A stretch of DNA of 64,000 bases. It comes from Patescibacteria group bacterium (GTDB taxonomy: Bacteria; Patescibacteriota; UBA1384; XYA2-FULL-43-10; 1-14-0-10-43-13). The stretch is from NCBI GenBank assembly GCA_041666325.1, contig JBAYHC010000003.1, positions 95,102-159,101 of the forward strand. The letters are read 5' to 3'. A program made the position numbers and the translations under genes. Of the stretch, positions 47,120 through 55,910 are shown one piece after another. The number at the start of each line of letters is the position of its first letter. Position 1 is the first letter of the stretch. The notes under the pieces are model-generated. The model worked only from the letters and a program-made list of their open reading frames with translations. It did not search any database and was not told the origin of the DNA.

Positions 47120-47920
47120 TTACATCGGCTTCGCAATGAACATGGTGTAGTACTGACCATGCACGCCTATTCCAACCTCCTGACCAAATGAGGCAAGAAT
47201 ATTAGCACGATGTCCAGCACTATTCATCCACGCTCTAACCAGCCCATCATCACTACCGAAATCACCCATCGCCAGATTGGCGCCAGCATTGGAATATTTG
47301 TAGCCAACACTGTTGAGGAACGACCAGTCTGTCGTTCCGTCTGGAGCGGTATGAGCAAAGTAGTTTTTCTCAGCCATATGCCTAGATTTGGCGCTTGCGG
47401 CCTGATTTAGACCCGTGTTTCCACGAACTTCAGACAGTCCGTTAGTGCGCCTCTCCGCATTGATAAGGCTGATTATATGGTCAACCTGATTGTTTGAGGA
47501 CACAGGAACAGAAGTCGGGACTGATGGCACGACAACAGCTGGAGCGGGAGTATCAACCGGCGCAGCAGGCGCAGCAGCTACTGGCGCAGGTGCCGGGGTT
47601 TCAAACCGCACCACAGGCTTCGACTGAACAGGCTTCACTGTTGCTTTCGAAGCAGGAATGACATACCGATAACGAACCTTCACCGCCTTGCCGTTACGGT
47701 AAACTATTTTCGTCCTCCAATACACCTGATTTGCCAGTACTCTTTTCGCAGATTTCTTCTTCGTTTTCTTAGCAGCAACCACGCTCTTCTTGGTGGACTT
47801 CTTAGAACTGCCGACACTTTTCGTTTGTGCACTTGCACTTTGTGTTGACAATGCAACGATCAAGAAAAGAAGCAGGACATATGAAAAAAGCTTTTTCCAC
47901 AAAGGGAAATTTCCTTTCAT
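47120..47920 (-). CDS. CAP (SCP) domain secreted protein
   Basis: 'IN.ER...GL', 'YFAH..PDG', 'WMNS.GHRANIL'. Confidence 0.92.
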   Translation of the reverse strand: MKGNFPLWKKLFSYVLLLFLIVALSTQSASAQTKSVGSSKKSTKKSVVAAKKTKKKSAKRVLANQVYWRTKIVYRNGKAVKVRYRYVIPASKATVKPVQSKPVVRFETPAPAPVAAAPAAPVDTPAPAVVVPSVPTSVPVSSNNQVDHIISLINAERRTNGLSEVRGNTGLNQAASAKSRHMAEKNYFAHTAPDGTTDWSFLNSVGYKYSNAGANLAMGDFGSDDGLVRAWMNSAGHRANILASFGQEVGIGVHGQYYTMFIAKPM

Positions 47921-48247
47921 ACTTTCTCCTTTAAAAAAATATACCTATCTCTTGTTCTTGCCGGCTTGACACACTTTGAGATGGTCATGTGTGATTATAA
48001 CACTCAATTGGAGCAATCAAGCGTTTTGCCCATCCTTCCCCCACTCTTTCAGTTGCAGATTATGTCTTTAGTAAATATCATCTCTAATAGACCATTATCA
48101 GCCTATGAATGCGACTAAAATCAATCTAGAAATGGCAAAATAATTATTTCTTCGCTCTGGTAAAAGCACCTAAAAAAACAAATATTTTTTCTTGTCCGTG
48201 CAATTCTTGCAACAACACACTGGGACCGCAATTCCAAGGACAATCTA

Positions 48248-48275
48248 TTGACTCTTAGAGTCTGAGTGGTACTAT
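48248..48275 (+). promoter_or_regulatory. sigma70 promoter of the ncRNA-RT unit
   Basis: TTGACT-16 nt-TACTAT with extended TG; predicted start near 48281-48283. Confidence 0.75.
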
Positions 48276-48282
48276 CTAGTTA

Positions 48283-48468
48283 CGCTTGGCTAGATAAAAC
48301 CGACACGTAGTGCCTGGGATACCAAGGGAAGGCCTGCTGGAGAGCCAAAAGCAGGCGGGTAATCCCTCTGGGTCCAAGGAGTGTCGGGCCTGCCTGAATT
48401 CGGGCGGGTAAAACAAAAAGGAGATTCGCCGCTCTGCACAGGGTGGCATGACGCCAGGTAGTCAAGCG
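48283..48468 (+). ncRNA. RT-associated ncRNA, retron msr/msd-like
   Basis: Terminal inverted repeat CGCTTGGCTA (48283-48292) / TAGTCAAGCG (48459-48468), G at 48293; long stem CCGACAC/GTGTCGG with inner GCCTGCT/AGCAGGC; further hairpins 48388-48409 and 48428-48447. Confidence 0.75.
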
Positions 48469-48475
48469 GTTTCGC

Positions 48476-48506
48476 GGCGGGGGGACGTTGCCCCCGCCTT
48501 CTTTTG
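48476..48506 (+). terminator. Terminator-like hairpin between ncRNA and RT
   Basis: GGCGGGGG/CCCCCGCC stem followed by TTCTTTTG. Confidence 0.7.
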
Positions 48507-48528
48507 TGAAAAGAGGGGGTGAGCGAAA

Positions 48529-49839
48529 ATGAACGGTTTGTCGCGGCGTCTCTTCTGGGGAGCGCGAGAACTTGAAGAACTATTGTGGATGTTTGACTTC
48601 AAGCTATTTCTTAAGCGACACAAGATTACTCTCGAGCGGAATATCGCCGGTATCCTCAAAGACGGTGTCGAGAACCACTACACCATCAGGCCCAAACCGA
48701 AGAAAAGCGGCGGATACCGCCTAACCTGGGAACCGGACCGGACGCTTTGGGCCTATCAGAAAATGATCTTGGAGATCATTTTGTATCGAGTCGCGCCATC
48801 ACCGGTTGCTCATGGCGGAGTACCCGGAAGAAGCATCTCGACGTGTTTGGATTCGATGCTTGACGCCAAATCAGTTTTTCATGTTGATTTGAAAAACGCC
48901 TTTGAGTCTGTCAGCTTCAGTCAAACTCTCGGACTTAGGACCGATCTTCGGTATGAGCCGCGCTCTGCCTGGGTCAGGGGCTTCGATGTTCGCGTTCCCG
49001 TGATGGAGGCGATCATCGCCCTGTGCGAGATAAAACGCATGACTGCGCACGGATGGTATGAGAACGCATTTTTACCGCAAGGCGCACCAACATCACAGCA
49101 CCTCTTTACGCTTGCACTCTATCCAGTGCATCGGCGGCTCGCCAGACTGACCAGGAACAGAACCGTTCAGTATGGAGATGATTTCTTCCTTCTGTCTCCT
49201 GAGCCATCGATCCCACCCAAGGTGCGGCGCGCCTTCGTTCGCACAATCGAACGTCACGGCCGACTTGAGATCAACTCAAGCAAAACCTACTATCTTACAG
49301 ACACCGGCACAGAGAACAATCCAGTGAGAGGACTTGGAGCAAATATCATTCGCGGCACAGCTCGTCTCCGTCCTCGCCATTTGCATCAACTGCGCATGGA
49401 CATGTACTGTGCAATCCAGGCCGGTGATGAAGCAAAAATTGCCGGCACCAGAGGTTTTGTTAGCCAGATCTATCGCGGTCAACCATGGCCGTCGCAGCTT
49501 GCCCTTATCAAGCCCGACGACTGGGACGACAGGGAACTGGGTGCGGCAAGACACTCAAAGCTGTCTCTGAGTGTCAACATCGGTGACATATTCAACTATC
49601 AGATTGTCTCGAAAACACCGCCCCCGGATATTTGCAAACAAATTTATCCACTCGATATCGAACGCCGAAAGAGAACTTTCGAAACAGACGGGGTTGCCCT
49701 AACTGCCGCAGACCAGGATTTTCTGGGACGATTGTCGGAAGGAGATGTTGAGCCAGAAGAACCTGAATTTGATTCTTTTGCCCCGCCTCTTTTTGACGCT
49801 TGGGGCGAACACATCGTTGGCGAGAACGGCTACTACTAG
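48529..49839 (+). CDS. Reverse transcriptase, divergent retron-like, with acidic C-terminal extension
   Basis: 'PKKSGGYR...P...L...QK.IL', 'AHGGVPGRSI', 'DLKNAFESV', 'LPQGAPTS', 'YGDD', 'INSSKT', 'VRGLG'. Confidence 0.9.
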   Translation: MNGLSRRLFWGARELEELLWMFDFKLFLKRHKITLERNIAGILKDGVENHYTIRPKPKKSGGYRLTWEPDRTLWAYQKMILEIILYRVAPSPVAHGGVPGRSISTCLDSMLDAKSVFHVDLKNAFESVSFSQTLGLRTDLRYEPRSAWVRGFDVRVPVMEAIIALCEIKRMTAHGWYENAFLPQGAPTSQHLFTLALYPVHRRLARLTRNRTVQYGDDFFLLSPEPSIPPKVRRAFVRTIERHGRLEINSSKTYYLTDTGTENNPVRGLGANIIRGTARLRPRHLHQLRMDMYCAIQAGDEAKIAGTRGFVSQIYRGQPWPSQLALIKPDDWDDRELGAARHSKLSLSVNIGDIFNYQIVSKTPPPDICKQIYPLDIERRKRTFETDGVALTAADQDFLGRLSEGDVEPEEPEFDSFAPPLFDAWGEHIVGENGYY

Positions 49840-49857
49840 TCGACTCGCCATTTTTTT
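49818..49857 (+). terminator. Intrinsic terminator overlapping the RT stop codon
   Basis: TGGCGAG..CGGCTA/TAGTCG.CTCGCCA plus T7. Confidence 0.75.
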
Positions 49858-49959
49858 GCTCACAAGATCCCGGGCACGAAAATTTCCACACTAGCAAGGC
49901 ACGACATTACTTGTTAGAATAAACAATGATATTCTCTCATTGCTTTATAAGACAAGGAA

Positions 49960-51558
49960 TTGAACATGGAACCAGAGGTAAATCTCTCATTATCAGACAG
50001 AACATTTAGATTTCTTGAGCAATATTCGGCTTATGCCAATGCCCCCAGACGGGACATTCGCGGTGTCAGCGACAAGACTTTTCAATCTGCCCTGATCTAC
50101 GAAAAATTCAGAACGGCGCTCGAGTACCAAGAAGAGCATCTGATTTTTAAAAATGCTATTTCTCGCATTGTTAGACGAAAGTATGTGCTAGCGCCCTCCA
50201 TTTCTGCAACGAACTTATTCAATGACTTAGTCAGTGAACTCTCTTGGTCTAATTACCTCAACCCCGAAACGCTCCAAACAGAAGAACGCCACCGCATTAT
50301 CGCCATCCTTGAGCGCTACCTGATACTACTCCAAGAAATGAAGTCTGCACGGGCCAATAAGATGGAAGTACAAAAAATCGTCATCGAGTGGCTCGCCTGC
50401 GAAATCAATGAGGTTTTTACCCCTCTCCACGAAAACGATCTGCTCATCGACTATGCTTACGAGGCACTCAAAGACAATCTAAAGACTGAGGGCACAGCGA
50501 TATCACCAGAGGAAAACGAACTTCAGCTCAAAATTGCAATCCATACCCTGGTACTGAAACCCGATATTGCGTTGCTCCAATACTGGACAATCAAACGCCT
50601 TTATTCAAATTGGCAAACAATGACTGTGGAGGAAACAAAGAGTTTTGCACGCAGCTTTGACCCGTATTTTAACAAAGTCGAACAAGCAATCAACCACCCC
50701 CTGAAAACAAGATATTACCAGTACATCAAGCGTAACATCGCACCATTTATTCTCTTGCGCAGCCTTTTCATTGCAAAATCGCCCACTGCCACCCAATTCA
50801 AGGCTAATCCCTCCTCCCTCCGCAGCTCTCTCATGTCAGTCTACGACTCTCTCATCGAGGAGGGCCGCAAGAAGGTCTGGCGCGGAACCATCCGGGCTCT
50901 CATCTTCATCTGCATGACGAAACTCTCTCTGGCATTGATTATAGAAGCCCCAATCGATCGATACCTGGCCGGTGAAGTTGATTATCTATCGCTTACAATC
51001 AACCTGACCCTACCAATCCTACTCATGCTTTTCTCCGGCACCTTCGTCAAATCGCCCCCAGCAAAAAACAGACTTGTCGTATCCGAGGCAATCTCGAACC
51101 TAATGATAAAAGACAAGATCAGCGACAAACCATTCCATCTAACCAAGTCTCGCGAAAGCTCGTCAGAAAATGCATTTAACACTGTCTACTCTTTGTTTAC
51201 GGTCGTCATACTGGTTGGAGTAATTTGGTTTCTGCGCTATCTTCATTTTAACCTGGTGAGCATTGTATTGTTTTTCCTCTTTGTCTCAGCAGTATCCTTC
51301 TTCTCATTCCGCATCCGCAACATTGCACTGGAGCTAGCCATGAAACGATCCCGCGACGACGCACTAACCTCCACGCTAGAATTCATCTTTTTGCCCTTTA
51401 TCAGAATCGGAAAAGCCATCTCCGAAAGGCTTGCCAGAGCTAATCCGTTCATCCTTGCTCTCGACTTTTTGATTGAGGCCCCGCTTAAATCTATCATAAA
51501 AATTATGAACTCGTGGTGGCGTTTCCTCAGTTCAAAAAAAGAAGAGCTCGAGGTCTAA
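49960..51558 (+). CDS. Conserved-looking membrane protein (large N-terminal helical domain, C-terminal TMs)
   Basis: 532 aa; 'YEK.R..LEY.EEHL....AI.RI..R', four TMs, 'DFLIEAP.K'. Confidence 0.75.
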   Translation: MNMEPEVNLSLSDRTFRFLEQYSAYANAPRRDIRGVSDKTFQSALIYEKFRTALEYQEEHLIFKNAISRIVRRKYVLAPSISATNLFNDLVSELSWSNYLNPETLQTEERHRIIAILERYLILLQEMKSARANKMEVQKIVIEWLACEINEVFTPLHENDLLIDYAYEALKDNLKTEGTAISPEENELQLKIAIHTLVLKPDIALLQYWTIKRLYSNWQTMTVEETKSFARSFDPYFNKVEQAINHPLKTRYYQYIKRNIAPFILLRSLFIAKSPTATQFKANPSSLRSSLMSVYDSLIEEGRKKVWRGTIRALIFICMTKLSLALIIEAPIDRYLAGEVDYLSLTINLTLPILLMLFSGTFVKSPPAKNRLVVSEAISNLMIKDKISDKPFHLTKSRESSSENAFNTVYSLFTVVILVGVIWFLRYLHFNLVSIVLFFLFVSAVSFFSFRIRNIALELAMKRSRDDALTSTLEFIFLPFIRIGKAISERLARANPFILALDFLIEAPLKSIIKIMNSWWRFLSSKKEELEV

Positions 51559-51572
51559 CTTTCAGGTAGCCC

Positions 51573-51869
51573 TTATCTCAGCTTTTGCAGTTCAGCAAAG
51601 CCCCTTCTTTGATTTTCAATCGCAAGTCTAATACACTCCTTTGGATCATAGCCCAAGTTGCCGGAACAACGAATAGAGCTAAAAATGATATTGCCTAGTT
51701 CTTTTTGCAGTTCGGCATCAGTGTGAACACTACCATCCTTCGAGGCATTTCGCTCCCACCGGCAGATATCACCAAAAATTTTCCCAAGCCGAACGATGAT
51801 CTGCGGCAGCGTCATCTTCTCGTCTTCCCAAATCTCTCGCCCGGTTTTTAATAGTTTTCCTATGGTCAT
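51573..51869 (-). CDS. MazG-like all-alpha protein
   Basis: 'LQKELGNIIF' helix pattern; AGGAGG RBS. Confidence 0.6.
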   Translation of the reverse strand: MTIGKLLKTGREIWEDEKMTLPQIIVRLGKIFGDICRWERNASKDGSVHTDAELQKELGNIIFSSIRCSGNLGYDPKECIRLAIENQRRGFAELQKLR

Positions 51870-51953
51870 TTTTCCTCCTGAAACTACACTTATTTGTTGA
51901 CATAAAACAATAAGATTGTTACAACTAACTGCCAGAGTCCGAAAGGGGGACAA

Positions 51954-52487
51954 ATGAATTCAGACAAAGGCAGGGATCTTCTGGTACAGGCCCGCCAATC
52001 ATTCTTGCGAGGACAGATTACACCAGAATCGGCGAACAGAATCATCGACGATTTAATTCTGGTCAACGCCCATTCTCCGCAGAAAGAAATCGTGTTGTGG
52101 CTCGATTCTATCGGCGGCGACAGTGAATCAGCCTTCAAGATTTGCAACACGATAAAAGCCATATCATCGCCAGTGACCGCCAAGGTTATTGGCCAAGCTA
52201 ACTCGTCTGCTTTTCTTGTTCTGCAGTATTGCAATAAACGAGAAGCCGGGCAACTTGCCACTCTTATGCTTCACACTATTTCTCGGAAAAATGTTGAACT
52301 TAAGGATATTCGCGAGAGAGGGCTGAGGGCGCTCGAAGAAACAGAGCGACTACAAGAAATTTATGAACAAATTATCTCCGCAAGATCCGGTCAAGCGAAG
52401 GAAGAAGTTGCTCGCTTATGTATGGAAGGCAGGATAATGTCTGCCACCGAAGCTCTCTCGCTTGGCTTCTTGGATGAGATCTACTAA
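51954..52487 (+). CDS. ClpP-like protease subunit (divergent)
   Basis: 'LDSIGG', 'G.ANSSA', 'MLH', 'MSA.EAL..G..D.I'. Confidence 0.8.
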   Translation: MNSDKGRDLLVQARQSFLRGQITPESANRIIDDLILVNAHSPQKEIVLWLDSIGGDSESAFKICNTIKAISSPVTAKVIGQANSSAFLVLQYCNKREAGQLATLMLHTISRKNVELKDIRERGLRALEETERLQEIYEQIISARSGQAKEEVARLCMEGRIMSATEALSLGFLDEIY

Positions 52488-52519
52488 TTGTCCGATACGG
52501 CCGCCCTGGCCGTATTTTC

Positions 52520-54289
52520 CTACCAACTTCCACCGCCCCCACCCCCAAATCCTCCACCCGAACCACCACCAGAAAAACCACTTCCTCCACTCGCTGCCGA
52601 AGATGGTGCAGCAGCAAACGCACCCTTGGCCGAGGCCGAAAAATCGTTCATACTATTTGTGAAAATAATCGGATTGAATGCTCTCATGCTCGGGTCAGAG
52701 TACCATTGAGGCGGTTGCTTATAAATGTCCTCAAACTGCTTTGCCCAAGCCTTCTCGACACCCAAAGCCATGGCAAATGGAAGCAACTTTTCAAAACGTT
52801 CGGGATTTTTCTCAGGTGCGTTATGAAATTTGATTCTATCCTTCTCTGCTACCTCAAGATAACTCTTCAAGCCCAAGATGTATTCTTTTGCCTCAACGCC
52901 CTTGGCTGTCTTTGCCGGCATGAAGTAACCGATAATTCCTATAGCCAAAGCGGAGATAGCAAAGCTGGCCAGATACAATGTCCCGAGATCAATCAAAATT
53001 ATTCCCAAAAGTAAGACAAAGAAAGCGATACCCAGATAAATCCACCTCGTGGTTTGCGGGCTCCGGGAAAAATACCCTTTGTCGACAGTGCTTTTGTAGG
53101 CCGCGCTAACAATTGCCTGCCAATCCTTGTGAAACTTATATTTTAGATCGGAGAGCAAGACACTCTCTTTGCCGCCCTCAAACAAACTATCAAAAAACTT
53201 TTTCTCGACGCTACTCTTCAGATCACTGCCATCTTTTAGTTTGAGAAACTTGTAGTCAGTCGACTTCAATAGCTTGCCGTCTTTCTCAACTCGAGAAATC
53301 TTAACATAACCGGCAACGGCAAGTCCGATGAGAACGGCAGAAATATCCTTTGAGTCCGCTCTCTCATCCACAAGAATGCCGATCTCTGCTGGCGTTAGCC
53401 CTGGCGGAGCGTCGTATTGAGGTACGATTGTGTCTCGTCCCTTCGCATCCCGTCCAAATTTTCTCCAACGATAGAGCATAAAAAGTGAGACAATAATCGG
53501 CAAAGCCAAGACTACATTATCCTTCGTTGTCTCACCCGCTTTTTGCCAAAATGACGGCTCGGCAACGACGTGCTTGGGAAATCCTGCCACCACAGTGAAC
53601 GCCTGTCCTGGCGCTAATTCCCCGTTAGAAAAATCGATATGGTCAGTCATCTGGTCGTCGCTATACCCGACCATCCAACCGCCGCATTTATCTGTGCTAC
53701 CGAATTCCCCCTTGAAACAAGTCGCGCTGATACTGCTCTTGTTAATTTTCTTGGGCAGAATGATGCTGGCCTCAGCTTTTTCAATTGTTACATCCCACTT
53801 ATCCCCCACAACATTCCAGTAAATCTCATCTTGGTCATCAGAGTAATTAACGGCTCGATTAACGGTGTACTCGACCGTGTAAACCTGACGACCACTGAAA
53901 ACTCTACTCTCGTCGCCGATCATTATCTTGCGATAAGACCCATCATTAGAAACTTGAAATGGCAGCGCATCACCGTTCTGATTGCTCACCCGGATATCGC
54001 TAATCCTCAAGTTGTAGCTTCCACCCCTTGCCTTGTATCTATACGGCAGAGTTCGATAGATTCCATGCCTCCTGTTTTCGGCAAAATCGTAGTCGATCCG
54101 CTCCTTAACTCGAAGCGACGAATCAGCACTGAGCACGATGTCCGATCTAATACTCCTAACCTTCTCCTGAAAATAATACGGTACATCTTCGGCGCGAGCA
54201 CCTCGTGGAGCCAGTAGAACAAGAAAAAATACCCCACAAACAAGGACTGCCAAGATCCTAATCGCATTAGCACGAAACGTTGCATGCAT
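52520..54289 (-). CDS. DUF2207 membrane protein
   Basis: 'V.E.I.YDF...HGIYR..P', 'YWNV.G..W', 'LP.A.ALG....WA..F', Gly-rich SW end. Confidence 0.9.
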   Translation of the reverse strand: MHATFRANAIRILAVLVCGVFFLVLLAPRGARAEDVPYYFQEKVRSIRSDIVLSADSSLRVKERIDYDFAENRRHGIYRTLPYRYKARGGSYNLRISDIRVSNQNGDALPFQVSNDGSYRKIMIGDESRVFSGRQVYTVEYTVNRAVNYSDDQDEIYWNVVGDKWDVTIEKAEASIILPKKINKSSISATCFKGEFGSTDKCGGWMVGYSDDQMTDHIDFSNGELAPGQAFTVVAGFPKHVVAEPSFWQKAGETTKDNVVLALPIIVSLFMLYRWRKFGRDAKGRDTIVPQYDAPPGLTPAEIGILVDERADSKDISAVLIGLAVAGYVKISRVEKDGKLLKSTDYKFLKLKDGSDLKSSVEKKFFDSLFEGGKESVLLSDLKYKFHKDWQAIVSAAYKSTVDKGYFSRSPQTTRWIYLGIAFFVLLLGIILIDLGTLYLASFAISALAIGIIGYFMPAKTAKGVEAKEYILGLKSYLEVAEKDRIKFHNAPEKNPERFEKLLPFAMALGVEKAWAKQFEDIYKQPPQWYSDPSMRAFNPIIFTNSMNDFSASAKGAFAAAPSSAASGGSGFSGGGSGGGFGGGGGGSW

Positions 54290-54366
54290 ATTACAGTCCC
54301 GTCGTAATTATTACAAAATACTAAGTAAAACGACATGAATCCAGGGCACAAAGAGGGTGCGCCCCT

Positions 54367-55113
54367 CTACTTCAGTAAAGAGATTATGTCTTTCCTCGAA
54401 AATGGCGGCAGAAAATTTAATTCTACTTTATCAGAAATTACTTGCTCTTTGAATTGTTCGTAACTTCTTATGTGCAAAGCCGGATCCTTGTGTTCGATCC
54501 ATCGAGTCCCGCCCGGGGCAATAGTCAGAACATCTATCGGCCCACCGATTGTCTGCCAGCGTTCACCCCGCCCGGCGTAATCCTTGATTATATTTTTTGC
54601 CAACGCGATAGCCTGAGACAAGGGCAATCTACCAAAATCAGTTGGCAAAATAGTTCTTTTGTCTGGCTTATCACTTGAGATCAACCCATGTCCCAAGCAA
54701 AAAGAAGGATCAGGCTGTCTCACGCTAAACGAGCAGAGAAACGGAGCCTCATCTCGGTATCCAGTAACCATAAAAACAAATTCGTCCAAGTGTTCCAGTG
54801 TTTCAGAGAGACGGTGGCTGAAACGCTCTTCCACCATTCTGGTCAAGACATCCTCCGGATCCATGGCCACCCCCGGATGATCATAACCCTCGATGAAGTC
54901 CTCTATAATTGCGGAGGTAAACTGACTGTTTGCTAGGCCGACACCAGTGGTCGCAATACCAATGGGATGATTTTTGAAAGAAAAAACCTTAAACGAACGA
55001 TCAAAATAAGCAATGGGACGTTGAGTCTTGTCGCCGGTTGCAAAAAAATAACCTCGGCTATCAGCAGCCAGGACTATCCCCTCCTCCGTCGCAATTCCAA
55101 CCATAAATGACAT
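54367..55113 (-). CDS. Proteasome-beta-like Ntn hydrolase
   Basis: 'MS...GI...GIVLAADSR...K.F', 'TIGGPIDVLTI'. Confidence 0.7.
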   Translation of the reverse strand: MSFMVGIATEEGIVLAADSRGYFFATGDKTQRPIAYFDRSFKVFSFKNHPIGIATTGVGLANSQFTSAIIEDFIEGYDHPGVAMDPEDVLTRMVEERFSHRLSETLEHLDEFVFMVTGYRDEAPFLCSFSVRQPDPSFCLGHGLISSDKPDKRTILPTDFGRLPLSQAIALAKNIIKDYAGRGERWQTIGGPIDVLTIAPGGTRWIEHKDPALHIRSYEQFKEQVISDKVELNFLPPFSRKDIISLLK

Positions 55114-55264
55114 AGCACATCATATTAGGCCGTAGTTAAGATATTTTCAACATCCTCCCATGATTCAGTTCTACCAACTCTTCTTCGGTAAGTTATCTCT
55201 CCAGGAGGAAGAATAACCAAACCAACACCTCGCACAACAACAATCACGGAAATTTGACGATGAG

Positions 55265-55876
55265 TCACGAACAAATAAAAGCCCTGAGTTGCTTGTTATA
55301 AATCTTAGAATTTGGGCAAATTTTTTCGAGTTCGGCCCAGAAACGTTTTGAATGGTTAAACTCTCTCAGATGTGCCAGTTCGTGGCAGATGACATAATCT
55401 CGGAGTTCATTCGGCAATAGAAATATTTTCGCATTGAGCGAAATGGTGCGGCGGCGAGTACAGCTTCCCCAATTACTCTTCTTGCGCCGAACCTGAACTC
55501 CGTCGAAGGAAAAGTTGTATCTATCTGCTAGCTCGACAGTTATTTTGACAAGAAAGTTTTTGACGTAAATAGCTACAGCATCCCCGGTTAGCCGAATGTC
55601 GCCAATAACAAGTGATTGAGGGAAAACCAGATGCTCTCTTTTGTTCTCCAGCGCTCTTTGCCAATGTTTCTCGATCCACGCCTTGTGCGTATTCAATAGA
55701 TCGATAGCCGCCTGATCCTTTTGTCTTGCTCGATAAGGAACAACAATATAAATCCCCTTTTCGGAGCAGATTCGCACCCAGCTCCGGCGAGCTCGACGGC
55801 TTTCGTAAACATTACAGCTTACATCTTCGCCCAAATAGGGCAGAGGAATAGTTTTTAACAGGGTTAGAGTTGGCAT
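55265..55876 (-). CDS. YgjP/DUF45 M48-like metalloprotein
   Basis: 'K..WGSC', 'YVICHELAH..E.NHS.RFW'. Confidence 0.9.
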   Translation of the reverse strand: MPTLTLLKTIPLPYLGEDVSCNVYESRRARRSWVRICSEKGIYIVVPYRARQKDQAAIDLLNTHKAWIEKHWQRALENKREHLVFPQSLVIGDIRLTGDAVAIYVKNFLVKITVELADRYNFSFDGVQVRRKKSNWGSCTRRRTISLNAKIFLLPNELRDYVICHELAHLREFNHSKRFWAELEKICPNSKIYNKQLRAFICS

Positions 55877-55910
55877 AAAAAAATAGGCTCTTAAAAATTA
55901 TTTCCCAAGC

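Noticed and set aside
48283-49960. Group II intron
   Set aside because: No GTGCG 5' end, no domain V/VI hairpin after the ORF, no maturase X domain, and the upstream RNA is too short.
47120-51558. RT as part of a diversity-generating retroelement
   Set aside because: Despite the SQ motif, I found no template/variable repeat pair differing at adenines and no adjacent avd; the four-helix gene is over 40 kb away. A self-alignment would be the definitive test.
49960-51558. Membrane protein as the retron effector
   Set aside because: It is separated from the RT by a strong terminator and an AT-rich promoter-like gap, and looks like a core gene. Not fully excluded without synteny data.
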